Source of the DNA: a virus
Length of the DNA stretch: 44,299 nt
IMG/VR virus record: IMGVR_UViG_3300029854_000006
Strand: one strand, 5' to 3'
Each line of letters starts with the position of its first letter. Positions within the stretch are counted from its first letter, which is position 1. Below are positions 7,539-15,966 of this stretch, in pieces. The notes under the pieces are model-generated. The model saw nothing but the letters and a program-made list of their open reading frames with translations. It did not search any database and had not been told where the DNA came from. Made by a program: the position numbers and the translations under genes.

Positions 7539-8288
7539 ATGGCCTATGTCCATAGACGGGTAAAGGCTGGCCGCACAATCGAACACAGGAAAATGCAATC
7601 ATACCGGATCCACACCAAGGGGGTCCAGAGGGGACCGAACCATGGGACCACATCGGAGAAGCAGGCCAAGGTCAACGAACGGGTGGCGGAGGAACACCTG
7701 CGCTGGGATCTCAACGCGAATTTTGATCACCGGGACCTCCACGCCGTCCTGCACTACTACACCAAGGACACCACTTTCCCGGAGATACTGGCGGACAAGG
7801 CCGCTTTTCTGGCCAACCTGCGGAAAGCCTGCCGTAAGCGCGGGATCAAGTACAAGGCAGTGGTGGTGATAGAAACCAAGCGGATGACAAACCCGCACAT
7901 TCATGTGGTAATAACGCGCATGGACCCGGAGATCATCACCGAGGCATGGGAGAGCGTACCAAGGGGCGGTGGGGGTATCAGTTTCAAACCACTGGACCGC
8001 CGAGGGAACCATGAGAAGCTGGCGCATTACCTGGTCAAAGAAAGCAGATCTACCATGGAGAAGTACAAGGAGCTGGGGAAACGGGGAAAGCGGTACAGCA
8101 AGACCCAAAACATGGACAAGCCTGTGATTACATACACCCCCGTGTCTGCCTCCTCCTGGCGAAAGGAGCCAAGGGCCAGCAAGGGCGCCGTGCTGTACAA
8201 GTTCGATGACGGATCCACCACCCGGAGCGGGTGGCACGAGATCAGCGGCTACCCATACCAGGAATATTTCGAGGTTTTCAACGAATAG
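7539..8288 (+). CDS. HUH-endonuclease-like rolling-circle replication initiator (Rep)
   Basis: 249 aa. HUH motif NPHIHVVIT, with the downstream Tyr motif KLAHYLVKES. A structured non-coding region lies upstream. Confidence 0.55.
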   Translation: MAYVHRRVKAGRTIEHRKMQSYRIHTKGVQRGPNHGTTSEKQAKVNERVAEEHLRWDLNANFDHRDLHAVLHYYTKDTTFPEILADKAAFLANLRKACRKRGIKYKAVVVIETKRMTNPHIHVVITRMDPEIITEAWESVPRGGGGISFKPLDRRGNHEKLAHYLVKESRSTMEKYKELGKRGKRYSKTQNMDKPVITYTPVSASSWRKEPRASKGAVLYKFDDGSTTRSGWHEISGYPYQEYFEVFNE

Positions 8289-8300
8289 GAGGACAAGCCA

Positions 8301-8603
8301 ATGAAAATTTACATAGCGGGAAAGATTGCCGGGGATCGGCGCTATCGGGCCAAGTTCCGGGAGGCAGCTAAGACCCTGGAGGCGGCGGGCCATGTAGTCC
8401 TAAACCCTGCCACCCTGCCGGACGGCCTGACCGACGGGGACTATATGCGGATCGCGCTGGCAATGCTGGAGGCGTCGGACCTGGCCGTGTTCCTCCCGGA
8501 CTACCAGGAGAGCCGGGACGCCATGGTGGAATGGGCCTGGTGCCAGCGGACCGGGAAAGAGTGCGCCCTGTATTTGGAAATGACAGGAGGGAGAACAAAG
8601 TGA
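8301..8603 (+). CDS. DUF4406 / nucleoside 2-deoxyribosyltransferase-like protein
   Basis: MKIYIAGKIAG...GHVVLNPA...DYMRIALAMLEASDLAVFLPDYQESRDAMVEWAW matches the DUF4406 pattern. Confidence 0.65.
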   Translation: MKIYIAGKIAGDRRYRAKFREAAKTLEAAGHVVLNPATLPDGLTDGDYMRIALAMLEASDLAVFLPDYQESRDAMVEWAWCQRTGKECALYLEMTGGRTK

Positions 8604-8977
8604 AAGACTTTGCGGAAGCATACAAAGCGGCCCACGCCAAAGCGCGAGAATACACGGGAGCAAAAAGGGCCGGATGGGCAGAGCCGGGGAAACGGACACG
8701 GGAAAATCACGCAATACTAATCCCGCGCAAGGAGGCTGTGGACACGGCAAACAACCTGGCAACAGCAATCTACGCCAAGGAGGTATATATAACCTGGGCC
8801 ATGAACCTGCGGGGCTTTATGGTGCAGCTGGCCACGGGAGAACACGACGCCGTGACATGCCGGGAATGTGGCGGAATTTTCCGCGCTGGGTGGATGAATG
8901 GGAAATGCCCATACTGTGAGGCGAAGCAGGCGGCCACCAGCTATGTGGACGGCATGAGAGAGGCGGCAGGAAAATGA
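8600..8977 (+). CDS. Hypothetical protein with C-terminal zinc ribbon
   Basis: GTG start 8 nt after ggaggga. CRECGG...CPYC near the C-terminus. Confidence 0.5.
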   Translation: MKDFAEAYKAAHAKAREYTGAKRAGWAEPGKRTRENHAILIPRKEAVDTANNLATAIYAKEVYITWAMNLRGFMVQLATGEHDAVTCRECGGIFRAGWMNGKCPYCEAKQAATSYVDGMREAAGK

Positions 8978-10812
8978 GCAAGGCGCAGATCAGCATGTGG
9001 GAGGAAAAGATCGTGGACAGTTTCGCCGGCGGCGGCGGAGCCTCCACAGGGATTGAGCTGGCCACGGGCCGAGTGGTGGACATAGCGATAAACCATGACC
9101 CGGACGCCATTCTCATGCACAAGACCAATCACCCGCACACCGTACACTATCAAGCCAGCGTGTGGGATGTGGACCCGCTCGAAGTTACAGGAGGCAGTCC
9201 GGTGGGACTGCTGTGGGCCTCTCCTGACTGCAAGCATTTCAGCAAGGCCAAGGGCGGAAAACCCGTGGACAAGCGGATCCGTGGGCTGGCCTGGATCGTC
9301 CTGCGGTGGGCTGGGACAGTCCGGCCCCGCGTGATCATCCTGGAGAATGTCGAGGAGTTCCAAACATGGGGGCCAGTGCGACACGGACACCCGATAAAGG
9401 CAAAGACAGGGCAGACATTCAGGCGGTTTATTGAACAACTGGAGGGCCTGGACTATGCCGTGGAATGGCGGGAGCTGGTGGCGGCGGACTATGGAGCGCC
9501 CACAACACGAAAGCGGTTTTTTCTGATCGCAAGATGTGACGGGAGGCCCATTGTGTGGCCGGAGCCTACACACGCGCCAGCGAAAAGCCCGGAGGTGCTG
9601 GCCGGGAAGAAATTGCCCTGGAGGAGCGCGGCGGAAATCATAGACTGGAGCCTGCCCTGCCCATCAATTTTTGATACACGGGAGGAAATCCGGGAGAAAT
9701 ACGGCCTTTCCGCCCAGCGGCCACTCCGGCCCAACACCATGCGCAGAGTGGCAAGAGGCGTGGACAAGTTTGTGATCAAGGCCGCGGATCCGTTCATCGT
9801 GCCGATGGGCTACGGGGAGCGGGACGGGCAGGCCCCGCGGGTCCATAACATCGAGGACCCGGCACCCACGGCGGTGGGAAAAGGAAAACATGGAATTTGC
9901 CAGCCGTACATGGTGCAGGTAAATCACCGTGGAGATTTCAGAGGGCAAACGATGGAAGATCCGCTCCAAACAATTACGGCAAAGCATGGGTATGGAGTGG
10001 CAAGCCCGGCCATGGCACCGTGGACGGTGACGAACACCACCAACTCAACGGGCCACCCGGTCAATGAGCCGATAGACACGGCGCGAACCGGCGGAGGAGG
10101 CGGGCAAATGTTTTTGGGGGCCTCCCTGATCCAGTACCACACGGAACAATCCGAGCATGTGAGAGGCCAGGAGATCACAGGGCCGATTATGACCATTGAC
10201 GCCGCCAACCGCTACGGCTTAACGGCGGCAAGCCTGGTCAAATACTACGGGAGTGCCCAGCACGGACAGAACATCCAGGACCCGCTCCACACGGTAATGG
10301 CAAAGGACCGGGAGGGGCTGACAACTGCCCACCTGGTCAAGATGAAAGGCACAAACCTGGGAGGACCGGCCACGGAGCCGGTGCAGACCATCACCGCCGG
10401 CGGAGGCCACCATGGTGTGATCACAACGCAGATCACCAGAGCGGAGCCGGGGGCGGATCTCCGACACTGGCCGGAGATCCGGGAACTGCTGAATACATAT
10501 TGCGGCTATGACTTGGGGCTGGAGGATGTGATCCTGTTCCAGATCGGCGGTGCATGGTATTTCATGGCGGACATTGGCCTGCGTATGCTGACGCCGCGGG
10601 AACTGTACCGGGCCAACGGTTTCCCGGATGATTACAAGATCGAGCGGGACTATACAGGGCAGACCTACGGAAAAAGCAAGCAGGTGGCCAGGTGCGGAAA
10701 TGCGGTGCCACCTCCCTTTGCCACGGCCCTGGTGCGGGCAAACCTGCCGGAATGGTGCGCGGGGGTGGAGATCAGTACCATGGAGGAGCTGGAAAGGGCG
10801 GTGGCGGTGTGA
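8974..10812 (+). CDS. DNA (cytosine-5) methyltransferase with expanded, internally repetitive target-recognition region
   Basis: Motif I DSFAGGGG, motif IV SPDCKHFS, motif VI IILENVEEF, motif X GNAVPPPF. At 612 aa it carries a ~200-aa repetitive insert before motif IX/X. Confidence 0.85.
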   Translation: MSKAQISMWEEKIVDSFAGGGGASTGIELATGRVVDIAINHDPDAILMHKTNHPHTVHYQASVWDVDPLEVTGGSPVGLLWASPDCKHFSKAKGGKPVDKRIRGLAWIVLRWAGTVRPRVIILENVEEFQTWGPVRHGHPIKAKTGQTFRRFIEQLEGLDYAVEWRELVAADYGAPTTRKRFFLIARCDGRPIVWPEPTHAPAKSPEVLAGKKLPWRSAAEIIDWSLPCPSIFDTREEIREKYGLSAQRPLRPNTMRRVARGVDKFVIKAADPFIVPMGYGERDGQAPRVHNIEDPAPTAVGKGKHGICQPYMVQVNHRGDFRGQTMEDPLQTITAKHGYGVASPAMAPWTVTNTTNSTGHPVNEPIDTARTGGGGGQMFLGASLIQYHTEQSEHVRGQEITGPIMTIDAANRYGLTAASLVKYYGSAQHGQNIQDPLHTVMAKDREGLTTAHLVKMKGTNLGGPATEPVQTITAGGGHHGVITTQITRAEPGADLRHWPEIRELLNTYCGYDLGLEDVILFQIGGAWYFMADIGLRMLTPRELYRANGFPDDYKIERDYTGQTYGKSKQVARCGNAVPPPFATALVRANLPEWCAGVEISTMEELERAVAV

Positions 10813-11402
10813 AAATACCGGACGATGTGTTTATGACCCGTTGCCGCTACTGCGGGCATGGGCAGACGGGAGCAGAAAATAAAGAAATCCCGGACGATAA
10901 ACTGTTTATTCACTTTTGGGCGAAGCAATCGCCGTGCGGGATCATCGGGATTGCACAATGCGATAAGGTCCAGGGCGAGTGTCTGGACTTCAAGCCTAAC
11001 CCCATGTTTGGAATTTGCGAATACTGCACTTTCACAAACAGTTTTCATCCCGGATTTTGTACGACGCCCGGCGGGCCGGTGAACAAGCGGCGGGTATTCC
11101 TGGGATGGAGCGGGATAGGAGATTATTACTCCGGCCACGCACTTTTCACCTGTGACCGCTATCGAGTGAGTGAACGGTGGAAAGACCTAATCCTGAAAAC
11201 CACCGTAGCGGGACGCGCACCGGAAAATTTTGACCCAGGAACATGGGAAGCCATGAAACACATTGACGGGACAGCTACGGCAAAACGGTGGGCGGACCTG
11301 CAAGCCAAACGAAAGGCAGAACTGGAGGCAGAGGCAGAAAAAGAGGCGAGAAAAAGGGCGGAGCTGGAGCAGAAGCAAATTTCCATGTTTGATGATGAAT
11401 GA
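10809..11402 (+). CDS. Cys-rich hypothetical protein with C-terminal coiled coil
   Basis: In-frame GTG at 10809 overlaps the upstream stop; alternative ATG at 10833. CRYCGH...CEYC motifs. Confidence 0.5.
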   Translation: MKIPDDVFMTRCRYCGHGQTGAENKEIPDDKLFIHFWAKQSPCGIIGIAQCDKVQGECLDFKPNPMFGICEYCTFTNSFHPGFCTTPGGPVNKRRVFLGWSGIGDYYSGHALFTCDRYRVSERWKDLILKTTVAGRAPENFDPGTWEAMKHIDGTATAKRWADLQAKRKAELEAEAEKEARKRAELEQKQISMFDDE

Positions 11403-11417
11403 AAACGGGGTGAAGCC

Positions 11418-11594
11418 ATGCAGAACAAAAAGAACATGCGCCGGATCAGCATCTTGGTGACCGCGCAGACAGTCTATAACATGGATAAACTGGCAGCCAT
11501 GTGCGGATACAAGGAGCGGGGCCGCGTGATTGATAAGCTGGTCAGAGAAAAAATGATTATGATGGGAGGCCGGAGAAATGAAAATATGCGATAG
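11418..11594 (+). CDS. Small ribbon-helix-helix-like protein (below ORF-track cutoff)
   Basis: Hand-translated, 58 aa: MQNKKNMRRISILVTAQTVYNMDKLAAMCGYKERGRVIDKLVREKM... It shows a beta-strand plus two helices pattern. Weak RBS. Confidence 0.35.
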   Translation: MQNKKNMRRISILVTAQTVYNMDKLAAMCGYKERGRVIDKLVREKMIMMGGRRNENMR

Positions 11595-11883
11595 GTGCCC
11601 AGGCGCCGGCGGGTGCCTGCTGAACTACATGGAGAAAGCCTGCAAGCACTGGAGAAAAGAAAACGCACCGGAAGTCCTGGCCACCATGGAGGACATGATC
11701 GGGGCGGCCTCCCGCGAGGAACTGGCCAGGATCTTATGCACCGCTGAATTTTGCGCGTGCTGCGACTACGAAAAGGCCGATGGAGTATGCCGTTATATCG
11801 AAGAACACCCGGACGGCAGACTGTTTGACGGGTGCGTGGAGGCCGCCAAGCGGTGGCTGGGGAAAACCGTAGAAAAACTTTGA
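11578..11883 (+). CDS. Cys-rich hypothetical protein
   Basis: 101-aa ORF with CDRCPGAGGC and CACCDYEKADGVC. Confidence 0.5.
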   Translation: MKICDRCPGAGGCLLNYMEKACKHWRKENAPEVLATMEDMIGAASREELARILCTAEFCACCDYEKADGVCRYIEEHPDGRLFDGCVEAAKRWLGKTVEKL

Positions 11884-11896
11884 AAGGGGAAGCAAC

Positions 11897-12697
11897 ATGA
11901 ACAAGACGAAAATTGACTGGGCCACCATGAGCTGGAACCCTGTAACCGGGTGCCGCCATGGGTGCCCCTACTGCTACGCCAGGAGAACTGCCCACCGCTT
12001 TGACGCTGGGCGTGCGGATCCTGCCCCGCTGGCTAATGGCCTCCATGTCCTGGAGCGCAAGATCAAGGCCACACCGTACCCCTATGGATTTGAGCCAACC
12101 CTGCACCGCTACCGGATGAACCAGCCGGAACGCCAGGAGGAGCCGCAAACGGTTTTTGTGTGCAGCATGGCGGATCTTTTTGGCCGCTGGGTGCCAACAT
12201 CCTGGATCGTGGAGGTGCTGGACGCCTGTCAACGCGCTCCGCAGCACCGCTATTTGTTCCTGACAAAGAACCCGGCCAGATACCTGGAACTGGATCACAT
12301 GGCACTCCTGCCCCATACGGAAAACTTTTGGTATGGATCCACGGTGGCAAATGAGGACGCAGCGGCCATGTACACCATGCAGGGCGTGGCAATCAACAGT
12401 TTTTGGTCCATGGAGCCGTTGCTGGGACCGGTGGACATGAGCGCGGCGGAGGGGCTGCCCCAGTGGGTGATCCTGGGGGCAGAAACCGGGAACCGGGCGG
12501 ACAAGGTGACACCACGGCGGGAGTGGGTGGACCAGATTACACAGTTTTGTGCAGAAAATGAGATCCCAGTGTTTTTCAAGGAAAACCTGCGGGAACATTT
12601 CAACGACTTGCCCGCCTCCGCTTTCCCGTGGGATAACAAGGCGGGCGCAGCAGAGTGGGCCGCTCATTACATGGGGCGCTTTGAAAGGCAGGTGTGA
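11897..12697 (+). CDS. Phage Gp37/Gp68 family protein (DUF5131)
   Basis: N-terminus KIDWATMSWNPVTGCRHGCPYCYARR is the family hallmark. 266 aa. Confidence 0.8.
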   Translation: MNKTKIDWATMSWNPVTGCRHGCPYCYARRTAHRFDAGRADPAPLANGLHVLERKIKATPYPYGFEPTLHRYRMNQPERQEEPQTVFVCSMADLFGRWVPTSWIVEVLDACQRAPQHRYLFLTKNPARYLELDHMALLPHTENFWYGSTVANEDAAAMYTMQGVAINSFWSMEPLLGPVDMSAAEGLPQWVILGAETGNRADKVTPRREWVDQITQFCAENEIPVFFKENLREHFNDLPASAFPWDNKAGAAEWAAHYMGRFERQV

Positions 12698-12700
12698 ACT

Positions 12701-12949
12701 GTGGACAAAATCGAAATAGGCTACACCGTGGAGAAAGAGCGGTGGATGGAGGCGGCGGAAAATCTGCATGAGTTTGGGCAGGCCATGGCGCGGAACCTGC
12801 GGAACATGAACCGGGACGGACGCGGCCAGGAGGACGCGGACGATCTCATGGCGGACATTATGCTGGCATGTACGGCCATCGGATATGTGGCGGAGTTTGC
12901 CGTGGATAAATGCCGGTTTATTCCTTTGCCGGGAGGTGGCCAGAAGTGA
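12701..12949 (+). CDS. Hypothetical protein
   Basis: 82-aa ORF with a GTG start. Confidence 0.45.
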   Translation: MDKIEIGYTVEKERWMEAAENLHEFGQAMARNLRNMNRDGRGQEDADDLMADIMLACTAIGYVAEFAVDKCRFIPLPGGGQK

Positions 12950-13191
12950 CCGAGCAGAAAAGGCCACAGCAATGTGAGGGCTGCGCGCTGGCAGAGCATG
13001 ACGCATATATCTGCGCCCGCTGGCGCCTGTCCTATGCGGTGAATGAGCTGAAAAAGGCCATTCCGCTGGTGCGGAGGACGGCGGCGGAAAATATGAAATG
13101 CCCATACCACTACCCCGCCAGCCTTTTGGGCACCGGGGTGGTGATAATGGACGAAATAGGGCCATGGCCGACGAAAGGAAAGGGGCGCTGA
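12946..13191 (+). CDS. Hypothetical Cys-containing protein
   Basis: GTG at 12946 after gggaggtgg, overlapping the upstream stop. In-frame part of track ORF 12910-13191. Confidence 0.45.
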   Translation: MTEQKRPQQCEGCALAEHDAYICARWRLSYAVNELKKAIPLVRRTAAENMKCPYHYPASLLGTGVVIMDEIGPWPTKGKGR

Positions 13192-13592
13192 CTGTGCGGG
13201 CGGTGCTTTTGAGCATAAAACCGGAATGGTGGGAGAAGATCCTGGCCGGGGAGAAAGACCTGGAAATCAGAAAAACAGCCCCGCGGGGCGGAGCCGGGGA
13301 ACCAGAGCCGTGGCCGCTGCTGGTCCTGGCCTATGTGAGCGGGACCGGGGCCGTGCTGGGGCAGTTCCTTTGCATGGGGTGGGTAAAAAGCAACTGCTGG
13401 CGGTATCTGTCCTCCCGATCCTGCGTACCGGCGGAGGACCTGGAGAAATACGCCGGCGGGAAATCCCTGTATGGCTGGATCGTGGGAGAGGCGGAGGAAT
13501 ACGACACCCCAAGCCCGCTGGCAGAGTTCGGGCTAAACCGTCCGCCTATGTCGTGGCAGTACATAGAGATCCCGGACGATAAGGAGGAGTAA
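13164..13592 (+). CDS. ASCH (PUA-like) domain protein
   Basis: AVLLSIKPEWWEKILAGEKDLEIRKTAP is a typical ASCH N-terminal strand/helix pattern. The start is uncertain (13164 or GTG 13194). Confidence 0.6.
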   Translation: MADERKGALTVRAVLLSIKPEWWEKILAGEKDLEIRKTAPRGGAGEPEPWPLLVLAYVSGTGAVLGQFLCMGWVKSNCWRYLSSRSCVPAEDLEKYAGGKSLYGWIVGEAEEYDTPSPLAEFGLNRPPMSWQYIEIPDDKEE

Positions 13593-13595
13593 ACC

Positions 13596-13814
13596 GTGGA
13601 GCGAGTGCTGGAGATAAAAAAACCGGAAAAGGGAGCGGAAGATGAATTATTGCCGTGTCCGTTTTGCGGGAGCAAAGAAGTGGCTTATGAAAAATACGAA
13701 CACGACGCAGGGGAAAGGTGGAAAGTGCTGTGCCTGGAGTGCATGGCTACGGTAGACCAAGGGACTGCACAGCAGAGAGGGCAAGCAAAAAGACTGTGGA
13801 ACAGGAGAACCTAA
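13596..13814 (+). CDS. Lar-family restriction-alleviation-like protein
   Basis: 72 aa with LLPCPFCGSKEV...VLCLECMA...AKRLWNRR. CPFCG, a second C..C pair and a terminal WNRR are the Lar-family signature. Confidence 0.7.
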   Translation: MERVLEIKKPEKGAEDELLPCPFCGSKEVAYEKYEHDAGERWKVLCLECMATVDQGTAQQRGQAKRLWNRRT

Positions 13815-13815
13815 A

Positions 13816-14289
13816 ATGGCCATCGACATTTCGGACCTGCCGCCAAAATATCAGCAGCAGGCCGTGGAAAAGTACATGAAGCAACAGAAGCGGCGGGGGC
13901 CTGTGCCTCCCGCCGCAGCTGTGCAGAATACGGACAGGGCGGCGAAATATCGCAACACCCCAACCGAGCGGGTCACCGCCTCCGGGGTCGTTCTCCGCTT
14001 TGACAGCCAAAAAGAGGCTCGGAGATATGACCACCTGACCATACGGCAGAAAGCCGGAGAAATCCATGATCTGCGCCTCCAGGTGGATTTTACTTTGCAA
14101 GAGGCATACACAGACCCGGAGGGGCGGAGAGTGCGGGCCATCCGCTACCGGGCAGATTTTACATACAGGGAGAGGGACGGGCGGCTGGTGGTGGAGGATG
14201 TAAAAAGCAAGCCCACCAGGACACGGGAATACCTGATTAAGCGAAAGCTGATGAAAGAACGGCGCGGAATTGACATAACCGAGGTGTGA
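13816..14289 (+). CDS. DUF1064 protein (putative Holliday-junction resolvase/nuclease)
   Basis: KYRNTPTE...FDSQKEARRY..L......I.DLRLQV.F.L...........Y.ADF.Y......VVEDVKS matches the DUF1064 pattern. Confidence 0.7.
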   Translation: MAIDISDLPPKYQQQAVEKYMKQQKRRGPVPPAAAVQNTDRAAKYRNTPTERVTASGVVLRFDSQKEARRYDHLTIRQKAGEIHDLRLQVDFTLQEAYTDPEGRRVRAIRYRADFTYRERDGRLVVEDVKSKPTRTREYLIKRKLMKERRGIDITEV

Positions 14290-14291
14290 AC

Positions 14292-14819
14292 ATGAAGCAA
14301 CAGGCAACGGGCGGGGCCACCCGCGAAGCCGTAAAAGAATATTTACAGCAGTACCACATGGCGCGGGAGCGGCGGCGCATACTGGAGCGGCGGCACGATG
14401 TACTGGCGCGGGAGCTAAAGGCACCGGCGCCAGGATCGGCATACATGACCATGCCGGCCTCCCACTCTACGGCAGACAGCGAGGGGGCCGTGTCCGTTGT
14501 ATTTCGCTTGTCAGAGGTTGAGGAGCGCATAGAGGCCCAGCGGATAGCCATGGGCCGAGCTGTCACCATGGTAATGGATCTCATTGACCTGTTGCCAGAG
14601 AACAGCATGGAGCGCACCGTGGTGGAGCTGCGGCATATAGATTGCAAGAAATGGGAACGGATCTGCAAAGAGGTCCACATGAGCAGGTCAAGGGTAAATG
14701 TCTACTACAACGCCGCCCTGGATATTATCCTATCCAATGCACGGGCGCAGAAGTTAGTACAAGAGTTTGAGCAAGGGCAGACACCGGAGGTATGCACAGA
14801 AAAAAATGGGCCATATTGA
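14292..14819 (+). CDS. Sigma-70 region-4-like late transcription regulator (ArpU/RinA/DUF1492-like)
   Basis: The C-terminal ERTVVELRHIDCKKWERICKEVHMSRSRVNVYYNAALDIIL is a sigma region 4 type HTH. It is the last gene before the packaging module. Confidence 0.6.
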   Translation: MKQQATGGATREAVKEYLQQYHMARERRRILERRHDVLARELKAPAPGSAYMTMPASHSTADSEGAVSVVFRLSEVEERIEAQRIAMGRAVTMVMDLIDLLPENSMERTVVELRHIDCKKWERICKEVHMSRSRVNVYYNAALDIILSNARAQKLVQEFEQGQTPEVCTEKNGPY

Positions 14820-14908
14820 AAAGACAGGACACAACAGGACATTCACCTGTGGTATTCTGGTATCGTGGAAAACGACAGGGGCAAGAGCAAAGCCCAAGCC
14901 AAATAGAG

Positions 14909-14950
14909 AAAGGCCGCCAGGGCGTGAGAACCTGGCGGCCTTTCTGTTTC
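14909..14950 (+). terminator. Rho-independent terminator closing the early operon
   Basis: Perfect 13-bp stem aaaggccgccagg / cctggcggccttt (14909-14921 / 14931-14943) followed by ctgtttcc. Confidence 0.6.
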
Positions 14951-15119
14951 CACACCATGGGCCGGGGAGCAGAACCGCAGGGGCTTTTCTCCTTTCACCC
15001 TGCCCTGCCGCATTGTACACGAGCGCGGCGGGCCGGCCCAAACACCCTTTGCCCTGGGCCGCTCATGCCGAGGGGCGGCCCAGGGACTTCCTTGTGAATT
15101 TGCCACCCCCTCCCCTGTT

Positions 15120-15351
15120 CGGGTCCTTTCTGAAAAATAAATCTTTGCGGGGCAAGTGAAGTCCGATTATTTTCCACAAAAAATCAAAAATTTTCAGGGG
15201 TGTTTCGTTACGCTTTTTCAAAAAGCGGGAAAACCATACCCCCTAAAGGGGGTATCAGGCGGAAAGGGGAGGATGAAAACGCGAAATCGCCCACGCCGAA
15301 AAAGCGAAATCCGGCAGGGCGGGGCGAACCGGGCCAGCGGCACAAAAGGAG
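15120..15351 (+). promoter_or_regulatory. Putative cos/packaging-initiation and late-promoter region
   Basis: A/T tracts (tgaaaaataaatc, ccacaaaaaatcaaaaatttt), 17-bp palindrome cgctttttcaaaaagcg (15211-15227), hairpin ataccccc-taaa-gggggtat (15236-15255), and direct repeat gcgaaatc at 15281 and 15304. It lies directly upstream of the terminase genes. Confidence 0.35.
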
Positions 15352-15966
15352 GTGCAGCCGGTGGCGGAGAAAAAAGGGGCCGGAAAGGCCAAAACAGGGG
15401 CGGCCAGCAAGGCGGCGAAAGCGCCGGCGGCCCTGAATACAGTCCCGGAGTGGGCCAGCACTACGGCGGTGGCCAAGCTGCTGGGGAAAACCACACGGAG
15501 GATCCAGCAGCTCACCCAGGACGGCGTGCTGGAAACCGAGGTGCCGCCCGGCGGCGGCGCCCGAAAATATAAAACCTGCGAAACGATCCAGCGTTATATT
15601 GCCCACATCGAGCAAAAGGCCCAGGAAACGGCGGCGGCCAGCTCCACCGCAGAGCTGAACCTGCGGAAGCTGGAGGCGGAGGTGGAGCTGAAAGAGAGCC
15701 AGGGCCAGCTCCACAAGCTGAAAACCGCCATTGCCGAGGGAAAATACATCAAGGCCGAGGAGGCCACCAGAGATCTGGCAGACTTCATGGCCATGTTTAA
15801 GAAATTCGCCATGAACATCCCGCCCCGCACTGTGAAATCCATAGCCGGATATGCAGACCCACAAACGGCCAGGGCTATGGAAAAGGCAATGCGCAAGGAG
15901 CTGGAGGACATGCTGGCCGTATTCGTTGACGCGGCGGAGATCGGACCGGAGGAGGCGGAGCCATGA
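15352..15966 (+). CDS. Terminase small subunit (Nu1-like HTH)
   Basis: HTH TTAVAKLLGKTTRRIQQLTQDGVL followed by a coiled coil. ATGA overlap with the large terminase. The GTG at 15361 has better RBS spacing than 15352. Confidence 0.6.
   Translation: MQPVAEKKGAGKAKTGAASKAAKAPAALNTVPEWASTTAVAKLLGKTTRRIQQLTQDGVLETEVPPGGGARKYKTCETIQRYIAHIEQKAQETAAASSTAELNLRKLEAEVELKESQGQLHKLKTAIAEGKYIKAEEATRDLADFMAMFKKFAMNIPPRTVKSIAGYADPQTARAMEKAMRKELEDMLAVFVDAAEIGPEEAEP

Noticed and set aside
15156-15572. A 138-aa Gly/Arg-rich ORF spanning the non-coding region and the start of the small terminase gene.
   Set aside because: Its composition is low-complexity (GGKGR.., GGAAGGGEKRGRKGQNRGG). It overlaps the better-supported terminase small subunit frame, and its 5' half lies in A-tract/palindrome DNA.
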